NCBI GenBank assembly: GCA_965645245.1
Contig: OZ287083.1
Span: 124,001-188,000 of the forward strand
Direction: 5' to 3'
DNA: 64,000 nt
DNA from: Massalongia carnosa
Lineage: Eukaryota
A model generated the notes under the pieces. The model searched no databases and was not told where the DNA came from. It saw only the letters and a program-made list of their open reading frames with translations. Below, one piece after another: positions 23,924-34,455 of this stretch (the stretch's first letter is position 1; every line of letters starts with the position of its first letter). The translations under genes and the position numbers were made by a program.

Positions 23924-26900
23924 ATGCATAACTCTGTCCTTGGCAACGACGAACCCCGTCCATTTCTATCGCTCAATGCCTCATTCTCTGAGTGCCACTC
24001 CTTGTTTCGCGAGCTCTACTTCGTTCTCGCACACGATGATTGCAAGGTGACAAAGCAGGTATCACTTTCGCTTCTCAGTGATGAGTACGGCCGACTTGGT
24101 GTTTGGGGTGAGAATTCAGGTGCCCAGCGTACGGGGCGTGGCTCCTTAGACGATACATTAGGCAGTGAACCCAAAATACAATCTATTGTACTTGACCTTC
24201 TGGAAGATCTTAGTGCTGCTTTGACACAAGGCAAGTCTTGGAGTACGTCTGTCATCTACACAAGTTAAATTCATCACAGCAACGCGCATCGCCAAAGGCG
24301 ACGAGAAGCAAGCCGGCGAGAGAGATTATGATGATGCCTCATCAGACAAAGATTCTTTGAGTAGCGTTAGTACAGCTTCAGGAAAATCTGTCGATGGAGA
24401 TGGTAAACCGCGCCCTAAAAAGAGCGATTTCCAACATCTGGTTTCTTTCATCTTTGAGCAAATCCGCTCTTTGTATAAATTCTCTGTACTCCTGAGACGC
24501 CCTGCTGTGCGGGATAAATACATCCGTTCCATAGCTAAGGACCCTGAGATATCTTATTTCGCGAAATGGGATTACGAACACTTGAGAAACAAGTTTCCAA
24601 ATGCCAAGAAGTTTCTAGTCCGCCGGTTGAGCATAGCTAATACGAGACGGAGGCAGCAACTCAGACATTGGGAGAAACATCCTGATGTAGAGCAACTCGG
24701 CGATCATCTTATAGAGTCCTCACAAACCTTGCCTGACAAGAAAATTGAATTGAAACCTAAAGCCTATGCCGAGTCCCAGCCGCAGGAAGCTCAAGTAAGA
24801 CCCATGGCAGTCGAGAACCATGCTCAAAGTTTAGGTGTACTCTCCAAAACTACCAAACAGAGTTTCTCAACAGTCGCTTGTTCAGTTCTGAACGACAACG
24901 AAACTTTTTCTGGCCGCCCAAGAACAGTATATGAGCCATCAATTCAAAGTAAACACCGCTCCCTACGCGTCCCTGATCTACCCAAGGTCGTGCCTGGTGT
25001 TACTTCCTTTAGGTGTCCTTTTTGCCTAATTAGTCTTGAAGTGAAGACCATGTCTCAGAGACATCTATGGAAGTGAGTTATTCAACTTTTCTTCATGCTC
25101 AAGTGGATTAAAATCTGGCAGAAAGCATGTTTTCAGGGATCTTCGCCCCTACGTATGTACATTTGAAGGATGTCACAATGCCGAGAAACTCTATGTTACT
25201 CGTCATGACTGGCTCTTTCACGAACAGCAGGTTCATCAGCGTCGCTGGATTTGCTCAGGAGGTTGTGACCGGACTTTCAATTTCAAGGATTTGCTAAAAA
25301 CTCACCTCGAGACGGAACATCCACGTAGTTTCTCAGATGCTCAACTTTCTATTGTTCTGGACATGTCTGAAAGATCTGCATCTCTTGAAGAACGTTCCAT
25401 ATGTCCACTTTGCGCAGAAGAATTCAGTCTCCTTACCATAAGAAGTCATATTGCCTCTCATCTCGAGGATATTTCTCTTTTCGTCATGCCTATTGATGTA
25501 AGCGGCCAAGACGAAGACGGTGGATCACACCAGGCTGAAATGCCTAGTCATACTTTTGAAAGGATAGAAGATGAGTGTTTGAGTAGCATTGATTCTTTCT
25601 CTGACGGGGAAGCTGTTGGACAAATAGGGCAGAGTTTAGCCGACCTTTCAAAACATATTAAGATTAGCGAAGAGTTATCAAATGATCAAGTCGACCGTTG
25701 GCTGGAGACTGAAAGTGGAGCAGCCACAAATCCAGCCGGAAGCTTAATTGTCTCAGTTGAGAGATCACCGCCACCTTCCTCTATCTATCCGAGGCCAGAG
25801 AGACACCGACCACGATCCCATTCCTCTTCTGCTGATGAATGGTCAAGACGTTCGGATAGGAGCTCCGATGGACGCCCAGTCCAAACTCTCTCCCGCTCTC
25901 GTCGTGCTTCGTTAGTACGCTCGGATGAGACTCGCAGACGAAGCGATGCTTCTGATATCACGGACGCGTTAGAGCACACATCAATAACTGAGACAGTTAA
26001 CAATCTAGGAATTGTATACTCAGATCAGGGCAAGATGAACGAGGCCGAAGAGATGTATCTGCGGGCATTGACAGGATACGAAAAGGCCTGGGGTCCTGAT
26101 CACACATCAACCCTCAACACAGTCAACAATCTAGGAATACTGTATGCAGATCAAGGCAAGATGAACGAGGCCGAAGAGATGTATCTGCGGGCATTGACAG
26201 GCTACGAAAAGGCCTGGGGTCCTGATCACACATCAACGCTCGACATAGTCAACAATCTAGGAAATCTGTATAGAAATCAAGGCAGGATGAACGAGGCCGA
26301 AGAGATGTATCTGCGAGCATTGACAGGAAAGGAAAAGGCCTGGGGTCCTGATCACACATCAACGGTCGACACAGTCAACAATCTAGGAAATCTGTATGCA
26401 GATCAAGGCAAGATGAACGAGGCCGAAGAGATGTATCTGCGAGCATTGACAGGAAAGGAAAAGGCCTGGGGTCCTGATCACACATCAACGCTCAACACAG
26501 TCAACAATCTAGGAATACTGTATGCAGATCAAGGCAAGATGAACGAGGCCGAAGAGATGTATCTGCGGGCATTGACAGGCTACGAAAAGGCCTGGGGTCC
26601 TGATCACACATCAACGCTCAACACAGTCAACAATCTAGGAAATCTGTATAGAGATCAAGGCAAGTTGATCGAGGCCGAAGAGATGTATCTGCGGGCATTG
26701 ACAGGATACGAAAAGGCCTGGGGTCCTGATCACACATCAACGCTCGACACAGTCAACAATCTAGGAAATCTGTATGCAGATCAAGGCAAGATGAACGAGG
26801 CCGAAGAGATGTATCTGCGGGCATTGACAGGCTACGAAAAGGCCTGGGGTCCTGATCACACATCAACGCTCGACATAGTCAACAATCTAGGAAATCTGTA

Positions 26901-27954
26901 TAGAAATCAAGGCAGGATGAACGAGGCCGAAGAGATGTATCTGCGAGCATTGACAGGAAAGGAAAAGGCCTGGGGTCCTGATCACACATCAACGGTCGAC
27001 ACAGTCAACAATCTAGGAAATCTGTATGCAGATCAAGGCAAGATGAACGAGGCCGAAGAGATGTATCTGCGAGCATTGACAGGAAAGGAAAAGGCCTGGG
27101 GTCCTGATCACACATCAACGCTCAACACAGTCAACAATCTAGGAATACTGTATGCAGATCAAGGCAAGATGAACGAGGCCGAAGAGATGTATCTGCGGGC
27201 ATTGACAGGCTACGAAAAGGCCTGGGGTCCTGATCACACATCAACGCTCAACACAGTCAACAATCTAGGAAATCTGTATAGAGATCAAGGCAAGTTGATC
27301 GAGGCCGAAGAGATGTATCTGCGGGCATTGACAGGATACGAAAAGGCCTGGGGTCCTGATCACACATCAACGCTCGACACAGTCAACAATCTAGGAAATC
27401 TGTATGCAGATCAAGGCAAGATGAACGAGGCCGAAGAGATGTATCTGCGGGCATTGACAGGCTACGAAAAGGCCTGGGGTCCTGATCACACATCAACGCT
27501 CGACATAGTCAACAATCTAGGAAATCTGTATAGAAATCAAGGCAGGATGAACGAGGCCGAAGAGATGTATCTGCGAGCATTGACAGGAAAGGAAAAGGCC
27601 TGGGGTCCTGATCACACATCAACGGTCGACACAGTCAACAATCTAGGAAATCTGTATGCAGATCAAGGCAAGATGAACGAGGCCGAAGAGATGTATCTGC
27701 GAGCATTGACAGGAAAGGAAAAGGCCTGGGGTCCTGATCACACATCAACGCTCAACACAGTCAACAATCTAGGAATACTGTATGCAGATCAAGGCAAGAT
27801 GAACGAGGCCGAAGAGATGTATCTGCGGGCATTGACAGGCTACGAAAAGGCCTGGGGTCCTGATCACACATCAACGCTCGACACAGTTAACAATCTAGGA
27901 AATCTGTATAGAGATCAAGGCAAGATGAACGAGGCCGAAGAGATGTATCTGTGA
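23924..27954 (+). CDS. Three-exon gene: helical N-terminal domain, C2H2 zinc-finger cluster (AcuF-like), Ser/Arg linker and 42-aa TPR array; a stop in repeat 16 truncates an array that continues to 28359
   Basis: Exons 23924-24230, 24280-25072 and 25122-27954 join in frame (GC-AG intron, then GT-AG intron). Motifs RLGVWGENSGA...SLDDTL, LSIANTRRRQQL, CPFC...WKKHVFRDLRPYVCTFEGC, CPLC...HIASHLEDISLF. No Walker A / NACHT / NB-ARC motif seen. Confidence 0.87.
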
Positions 27955-28368
27955 GCATTGACAGGAAAGGAAAAGGCCTGGGGTCCTGATCACACATCAA
28001 CGCTCGACATAGTCAACAATCTAGGAAATATGTATAGAAATCAAGGCAAGATGAACGAGGCCGAAGAGATGTATCTGCGAGTATTGACAGGAAAGGAAAA
28101 GGCCTGGGGTCCTGATCACACATCAACGCTCGACACAGTCAACAATCTAGGAAATCTGTATAGAGATCAAGGCAAGATGAACGAGGCCGAAGAGATGTAT
28201 CTGCGAGCATTGACAGGAAAGGAAAAGGCCTGGGGTCCTGATCACACATCAACGCTCGACATAGTCAAAAATCTAGGAAATATGTATAGAAATCAAGGCA
28301 AGATGAACAAGGCCGAAGAGATGTATCTGTGGGCATTGACAGGAAAGGAAAAGACCTGAGGTCCTGAT
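25975..28368 (+). repeat. 19 x 126-bp coding TPR repeats with very high internal identity
   Basis: Unit TLxxVNNLGxLYxxQGKMNEAEEMYLRALTGxEKAWGPDHTS, counted 19 times across ORFs 25291-27954 and 27958-28359. Confidence 0.97.
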
Positions 28369-29824
28369 TGCTCAAGCGGCTCACCTGTGCCAGGTATGAC
28401 AACTCTAGGCAGGACAAGGCTGGATGACATATTTAAATGTTAAATGAAATCAAATCAATACCCTCTGAAAGCTAGTTGAATCTTGCTGGCAATGATAGAA
28501 TTGAAATTCTATCGTTCCGTTGAAAGGGAACTTGAATGTAAGGGGCGCAGGGGCGCAAGGCGTACGGGGGAAGTTTCAAATTTCTTGGCATCTTGTCTCG
28601 TTGTGCCAAATCGGATCAAGTAGGAATTGAAAGAGAGTAGAGATTAATAGGGAGTAGTGATTGAAAAGGAGTAGGGATTGAAAAGCCCCAGTCATTTCAA
28701 AGCCTTGGGCATTTTTTCTGGCTGAAGATATCATGTTTCAAAGGAGTTTAATATCGTTTATTAATATTGCTACTATTATACATAACGGTCTAGATAGTGA
28801 CCCCGAGGATAATACCATTACCTCTGACTTCATGTGTGTTGCGTCGAGATGCTCTCCATCTATAACGCGGTACATGTATGATTTAGGCAGCCATGTTAGA
28901 TGAATATTAGATGGAGGCAGCTATCCTTCAAAAGAATACAGTGATTGATAGGTGAGGTCAGCATACCCACGATTGCCCCGGAAATGAGCGACCCAAGCCT
29001 GACCTGTCCATGGCCGATGATCTGGTCCGTGATGATGAGTCTTTAGACAGAAGGGACATTATACGTATACTCCTAGGCTATTCCATTTGGTCGCTGTTGC
29101 AAATGGTACGGTAGCCATGATTTTGAAGATGGGATGTTGCGAGGGAGTAGAGGAGCCGAAATTGGGAGCTAGAGCGATACGAGAGTTGATGCTGATGATG
29201 ACGCAGCAGTCATAGGCTACAAGGAGCGAAGAACCCATAAGAACCCGAGATGGTCATGAGACTTACCATTCGACGCATCAAAAACAGTAGAAGGGTATGG
29301 AATCAGTCAAGCTCGATGCCGAACCGAAGCTTTTCTATGGGGAGGCAACTTATTATGGCCGCTCGTAAGGTAGTGACCTCAAAAGGAACTTATATAACCA
29401 ATCTGCACGCAAAGACCAAATGGTAATTCGCGGGCTCCATCGTGTCAGCTGAACATATATATAATTTCTATCTATGTTTGGGCAACTCTCCCCTCGCTGC
29501 TGCCCTGCTGGCGCTCAGTTTTGCTGAGGGCCCCTCCTATAATGGCTTTGTTTTGGCAGCAGTGAGGGGAAAAACTCCATCTACCTATGCGGCTGACTCA
29601 GGGAGTGGGTGGGTGGGCAAAAGACCTTTTGGTGCTGAACTCCGAATTAATGGTGATGATGAGGAGAAGAGTGCCCAAAGGCCACCTATTTATGCCCTTT
29701 CTCTCCCCTCCTTGTCCAACTATTTGGACATCATCCTCCTTCGGCCTTCGGCCTTCGTTGGCTACCCACGGCCTGCCTCCACTCGGTCCCGGCATTACCT
29801 TTCGCCCTAGCCGAATTACTACAG

Positions 29825-32250
29825 TCAAGTGGGCGTCTTGTGAACCAACTCCGCATGGTTCTGCAAGTTCATTTTGCTTGTCAAAACATCTTGACACCTT
29901 GGATGAGGGCATGTGATCAGATGACCGTCTTGATGATGACGAAGGTGTTTACAATGGAAGTGCTTTTTCAGATCGTAGCGGCTGTGGAAAGACTTCAGAC
30001 GTGTCTCGGTGGGTAGCGTTACACAGCCGAGGCAAAAGATACATTGAGTGGGTTCGCATTTAATCGGGATGGAGTCTGAAAGAGAGGCCGGATCGAGGAC
30101 AGATGGTGGTGTCAGATGCCGTTCCTTGATGACCGACGCGGAAAGTTTTGAACGACGTGGACGCTTGCCTTCCTACAAGCGACTAAGGGCTATCAAAGCA
30201 TTGATCGCTTCCACCCGCCGTTTGCACTCTTCCTCTGAGGATGACGTCGCGAAGGTGAGGAGGATATCGATGACCCGGACACGCTTCTCGAAGACGTATC
30301 CTCTGCCTTCGCCGTCTCCAGTTCTTCCGACGGCAGTCCTTTCAGCTTTCGTTGAATGTCGATCACCGGCTGCTCCCTCTTATACCTCGCTTTGATCTCT
30401 TGTAAAAGAGCCTCCTCTGCCGCCGTTTTATGTTGCGATGAGCTTGATACGCCTTTTGATACTTATTCTACACTGATGTCCCCTTCATGCTCGCGATGGG
30501 TCCATGATTGTCTTTGATAAACTGGAACATTTTCTTTTGCCTCCGGCGAAGGAGTCTCACCTCTGGGTGACGATCGACCTGGGCTTTTTGGGCGTCATTG
30601 AGCTTCCGAGGCCGTCGTCGATCAATCGTACGACTCATTCCACTGGCGAGCCGCATCAACGCATTTTGCGGCTTCAAACCATGATAGGCGGCCCCGGTAT
30701 CACTCGTGATATACCTCGAGAGATAGATTTTTAAGAACACGGTGGAGTTGTGGTGTTGCAAAATCAGATTCCGTTGCGATTCGCTGATGAAGCCTGTGCA
30801 AGGGTCAGCGAAAAGCTCAAAAGAAGATTGACAGAGGTCGTGTTACACACTTGCTGTTGTCGAGAGCTTCGCTATTGCCGCGTCGAAAGATGTATGAACC
30901 GGTGGGAAGCTTCATGCCGGTGACGCTTCCAAGGGTTATCATCCGTGAGCGAAGAGTACTGTCAGGCAGAGCTTTGTCATCCGAAATTCGAACTCCGTTC
31001 ACGGTGAATTCGGATCGGCGGAAGAGGAGAACGTGTAGCATCGTTTCCTTAAGGGGAAACGGCAGCTGTTTCTGTCCCGGGGGGATCCGGAGACGGAATA
31101 ATTGTTCGGCAGAAATCAATTCGGGAGCGGCGAAGGCCTGATCGATAAAGATCAAAGTGAGTAGGTTCAGACGAGGACAAAGCAGCAGGCATGGTTCGTC
31201 AGGCTCGTCAGGACTCCTGAACTCGTTTCTATGATACTTGTCAGTCGTTCAGTGAAACAGTCCGTCTCGACGAAGAAAGCACAAAAGGGCAACATGGACG
31301 TTTCTTTATCGCCTAGATAGCCCTTCGTATTCTTGAATGCGATTTCGATCAACCGTCGAGGAAGCTCCCATCCTTCGAGATCCGGAAGCAAGGTGATCTT
31401 AACATCTTTGTAGCACACACCCAAGAGGGCAGCAGGACGGTTGTCTGTGATTCCGGCTAGCTGCATGATCAAGGCTAGTTGTACACGGTGCCGCTCGTGA
31501 TCAAAGACGATCTCGACGGAGAGAAACAATGTCTTCAGGAGCTCGAACTCGTCCTCGGCCCGCATGATGAGCTTCTTCATCTTCTTCTCAGTCCTTAACC
31601 CATGCTTCAGAGCGAGCCGTTGTCTCGCCTAGTACTGGTTAATCAATAGAGTCGTAGAATAGGGCTCTCGTACCCTATGCATCTAGCTTTTGATAAGCAG
31701 GTCGATCTCTAGACAGCCAGTCTCTTTCTTTTGTGTTTGCAGGATACCAGCCGCACTCAGCCGATCTTTTCGAATGGAGAGTAGCCAGTCGAAGAAGACG
31801 TAGAGGATGTCGATAGAGATCTCCTTGAGAGTCATGACGGGGTTCTTCCCAGTGAATTCGCAATATCTGTCAGCCTCGATCAGATTTCGCCAGTCCACGA
31901 TAGTAGTAGTAGCATCTCCTTACCGATACCAAAGGTTCTTAATCCAGCTCTATAGATCCTCGCTGCTATCCTTGTAAACTCGTTCAGGGAAAATTAAAGT
32001 CGACGAGCGTGGACGATAGGTGATCGACGTGAAGGAGGGACGGCGAAAATGGAAGTGGGAGAATAAGAGGGTTGGAAAGGTGAAGATGAAGGGTAGAGGG
32101 ACACGAAGAGAAAGGTCGTCAGAGACGATGGGAACGGAGGGGAAGCTGAGCATAACAGCCGATTCTGGAGGTCGGGGGGAACGATGAAATAAATACCAGG
32201 TGTCGGACAAGGACCATGAGGACCAGCTGAGTGATGATGCTTGAGGCATG
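29825..32250 (-). pseudogene. DUF3435 tyrosine recombinase (Starship captain-type) with C-terminal zinc finger; decayed, start uncertain
   Basis: Fragments FDHERHRVQLALIMQLAGITDNRPAALL, FKNTKGYLG, YIFRRGNSEAL, QHHNSTVFLKIYLSRYITSD, MSRTIDRRRPRKL. Terminal CIFCLG...LKKHF...CPHPRC...LQNHAELVHKTPT* (stop 29825-29827). Internal stops and frameshifts. Confidence 0.8.
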
Positions 32251-32954
32251 AAACGCTCGACGTGGTGAGGTGATGCGCAAGAGCGACCGGGGACGGGTAG
32301 GGCGGCGGAAAAAATCCAGCAATATAGAAGCTGAAACAAATAATGTGAAGAGAGAAGCTGCAATTTATGATTTGAAAGTGGAGGACTGAGCGCCTTGAGG
32401 TCTACTTTCGCGTTGCTGACTATCCGCATCGAGTACTGCAAAAGGATCACAAATACACAAGACAAGTTGGCTCCTTTTTTGAGCGACAACTTGTTGGATA
32501 CCAACCTATGGCGCTAGACATTATTATGGTCACGTGTAACAGTAGACCTATTCCGGTATGCGGCACGCATCCTGGACTAGGAGGATTTCAGACCTTAGAA
32601 GTAGAGTCATAGAATCATTAATATAACAACAATGAATAACCTCATACTTCTACAGGTTATGAGCCCGGCCAGCGCATAAGCTCATTAATCTTCGCTAGCG
32701 ACAGGCCACAAATACCCCACACCCCCCAGAGCAAAGCACCTAGAACGAAGAACTTCCTACCCGAAAAGGAGGAATGGTGTGAGGCGGGAGGGTTAAGACC
32801 ACTTGGCTACCAAAAGGAGCCAATTCTGAAATGGCGGTGTGGAATCAAGCCAATGCGCCTGACCACCTACCACAATAGATAGGAAGAGTGCTACGCCCAC
32901 GTACTGAAAGGATACGAAGTAGAACGCTCATATACCAAAGGCTACGAGGCAAAC

Positions 32955-33425
32955 GCTCACATACCAGACGGCTACGAGGCGAAGACGCTCATACGAAGCA
33001 GAACGCTCACATACCGAAGGCTACGAGGCGGAGAACTTGCTCATATACCAAAGGTTACGAAGCGAAGACGCTCACATACCAGACGGCTACGAGGCGAAGA
33101 CGCTCATACGAAGCAGAACGCTCACATACCGAAGGCTACGAGGCGGAGAACTTGCTCATATACCAAAGGTTACGAAGCGAAGACGCTCACATACCAGACG
33201 GCTACGAGGCGAAGACGCTCATACGAAGCAGAACGCTCACATACCGAAGGCTACGAGGCGGAGAACTTGCTCATATACCAAAGGTTACGAAGCGAAGACG
33301 CTCGTATACCAGACGGCTACGAGGCGAAGACGCTCATACGAAGCAGAACGCTCACATACCGAAGGCTACGAGGCGGAGAACTTGCTCATATACCAAAGGT
33401 TACGAAGCGAAGACGCTCGTATACC
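32955..33425. repeat. About four 115-bp tandem repeats (built from 18-34-bp GCTCA... subunits) in the Copia 1 leader
   Basis: The TTGCTCATATAC motif recurs at 33037, 33152, 33267 and 33382 (115-bp period). Confidence 0.9.
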
Positions 33426-33498
33426 ACAACAGCTACAAGGCAACCCACCTTCCTACAACCCAAAGGCGTTGAGAACTCTTCGCCCAAAAAACCACAAA

Positions 33499-34455
33499 AT
33501 GTCAGACCGACGAGAAGAGCAGGAGAAGGCTCCCCGCATCATTCTCCAAGGCTCCGAGAACTATACATTATGGCGATCCTACATTCTGGGAGAGCTCAAG
33601 CAGAAGAACTGCGCCTGGGCAGTCACCGGAAAGCCAGAGCCAACGAAGGAGTCCGTCAGATCGGACATCATAGCCATGGGCTTCAAACCCACCGAAATGA
33701 CGGCCCAAGCACTCTGGACTGCCCTCTCCACCGAAATTAAAGAGCACCGAGCCTCCCTGAGCAAAGCGGAGGGCATCATCAAAAACTCGGTAGCCTCCAA
33801 ACACCAAGCAGCTATCGAGGGCAAAGAAGCCAAGGAAATGTGGAAAACCCTACAAACGAAATTTCAGCACATCTCTCCAATGAGCATCTCGCGACTCATC
33901 CTGGAGACCACCAAATTACGACTATCGGACTGCACAGACATTCACGAATATTGCAGCAAATACCAAGAGGCCTACGACACTGTGTGCGGCCTCATTCCCA
34001 CAGATTCCGAGATCCCCGCAAAAGGAGCCGAGGTACTCCTGCAGGCAGGACTGCTCACTGGGATGGGAAACGAATACTCGGGGATCGTCTCTATGATGGA
34101 GACAGAGTGGAAAATGGGGAACACAAACATCGCCGAGAGCACTAAAAAGCTTATCCGGTTTGCAGAAATCAGGAAAGAGAACGACCAAACTCCAGGACAA
34201 TCCGGCACACCCAAACAATCGGCACTCTTCACCTCCAAACCACCAAAGCCTAGTAATCGAGCACCCCCGGGGACCTGCACAAACTCAGATTGCATCAAGA
34301 AGGGAAATACACAGCACTACACAGACCGTTGTTTCCTGAGATACCCCGAACTTCGGCCAAAACACTCGCTGCATCAGATGAGAACAAAAGGCTCTAGGCA
34401 AAATCTCCAAAGCCAGACAGAGAGCCCTTCCGAGACCCCGTCCCGCGAAAGTTGA
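33499..34455 (+). CDS. gag: Copia 1 gag
   Basis: ATG of MSDRREEQ; LQGSENYTLW; C-x4-C...H-x4-C knuckle; ends in a TGA that is in frame with pol. Confidence 0.85.
   Translation: MSDRREEQEKAPRIILQGSENYTLWRSYILGELKQKNCAWAVTGKPEPTKESVRSDIIAMGFKPTEMTAQALWTALSTEIKEHRASLSKAEGIIKNSVASKHQAAIEGKEAKEMWKTLQTKFQHISPMSISRLILETTKLRLSDCTDIHEYCSKYQEAYDTVCGLIPTDSEIPAKGAEVLLQAGLLTGMGNEYSGIVSMMETEWKMGNTNIAESTKKLIRFAEIRKENDQTPGQSGTPKQSALFTSKPPKPSNRAPPGTCTNSDCIKKGNTQHYTDRCFLRYPELRPKHSLHQMRTKGSRQNLQSQTESPSETPSRES

Noticed and set aside
27952..27954. Stop codon rescued by A-to-I editing or selenocysteine
   Set aside because: The homologous codon in other units is CGA/CGG, so a simple C>T mutation explains it; the downstream units also show extra decay.
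23924..27954. Calling the TPR gene a canonical NLR or kinesin light chain
   Set aside because: No Walker A/B NOD motifs and no kinesin-light-chain heptad region; only the repeat type is shared.
32905..33435. CRISPR-like look of the short repeats (also 46800-47520 and 13815-15200)
   Set aside because: The intervening sequences are themselves repeated rather than unique spacers, there are no cas genes, and the context is eukaryotic TE DNA.
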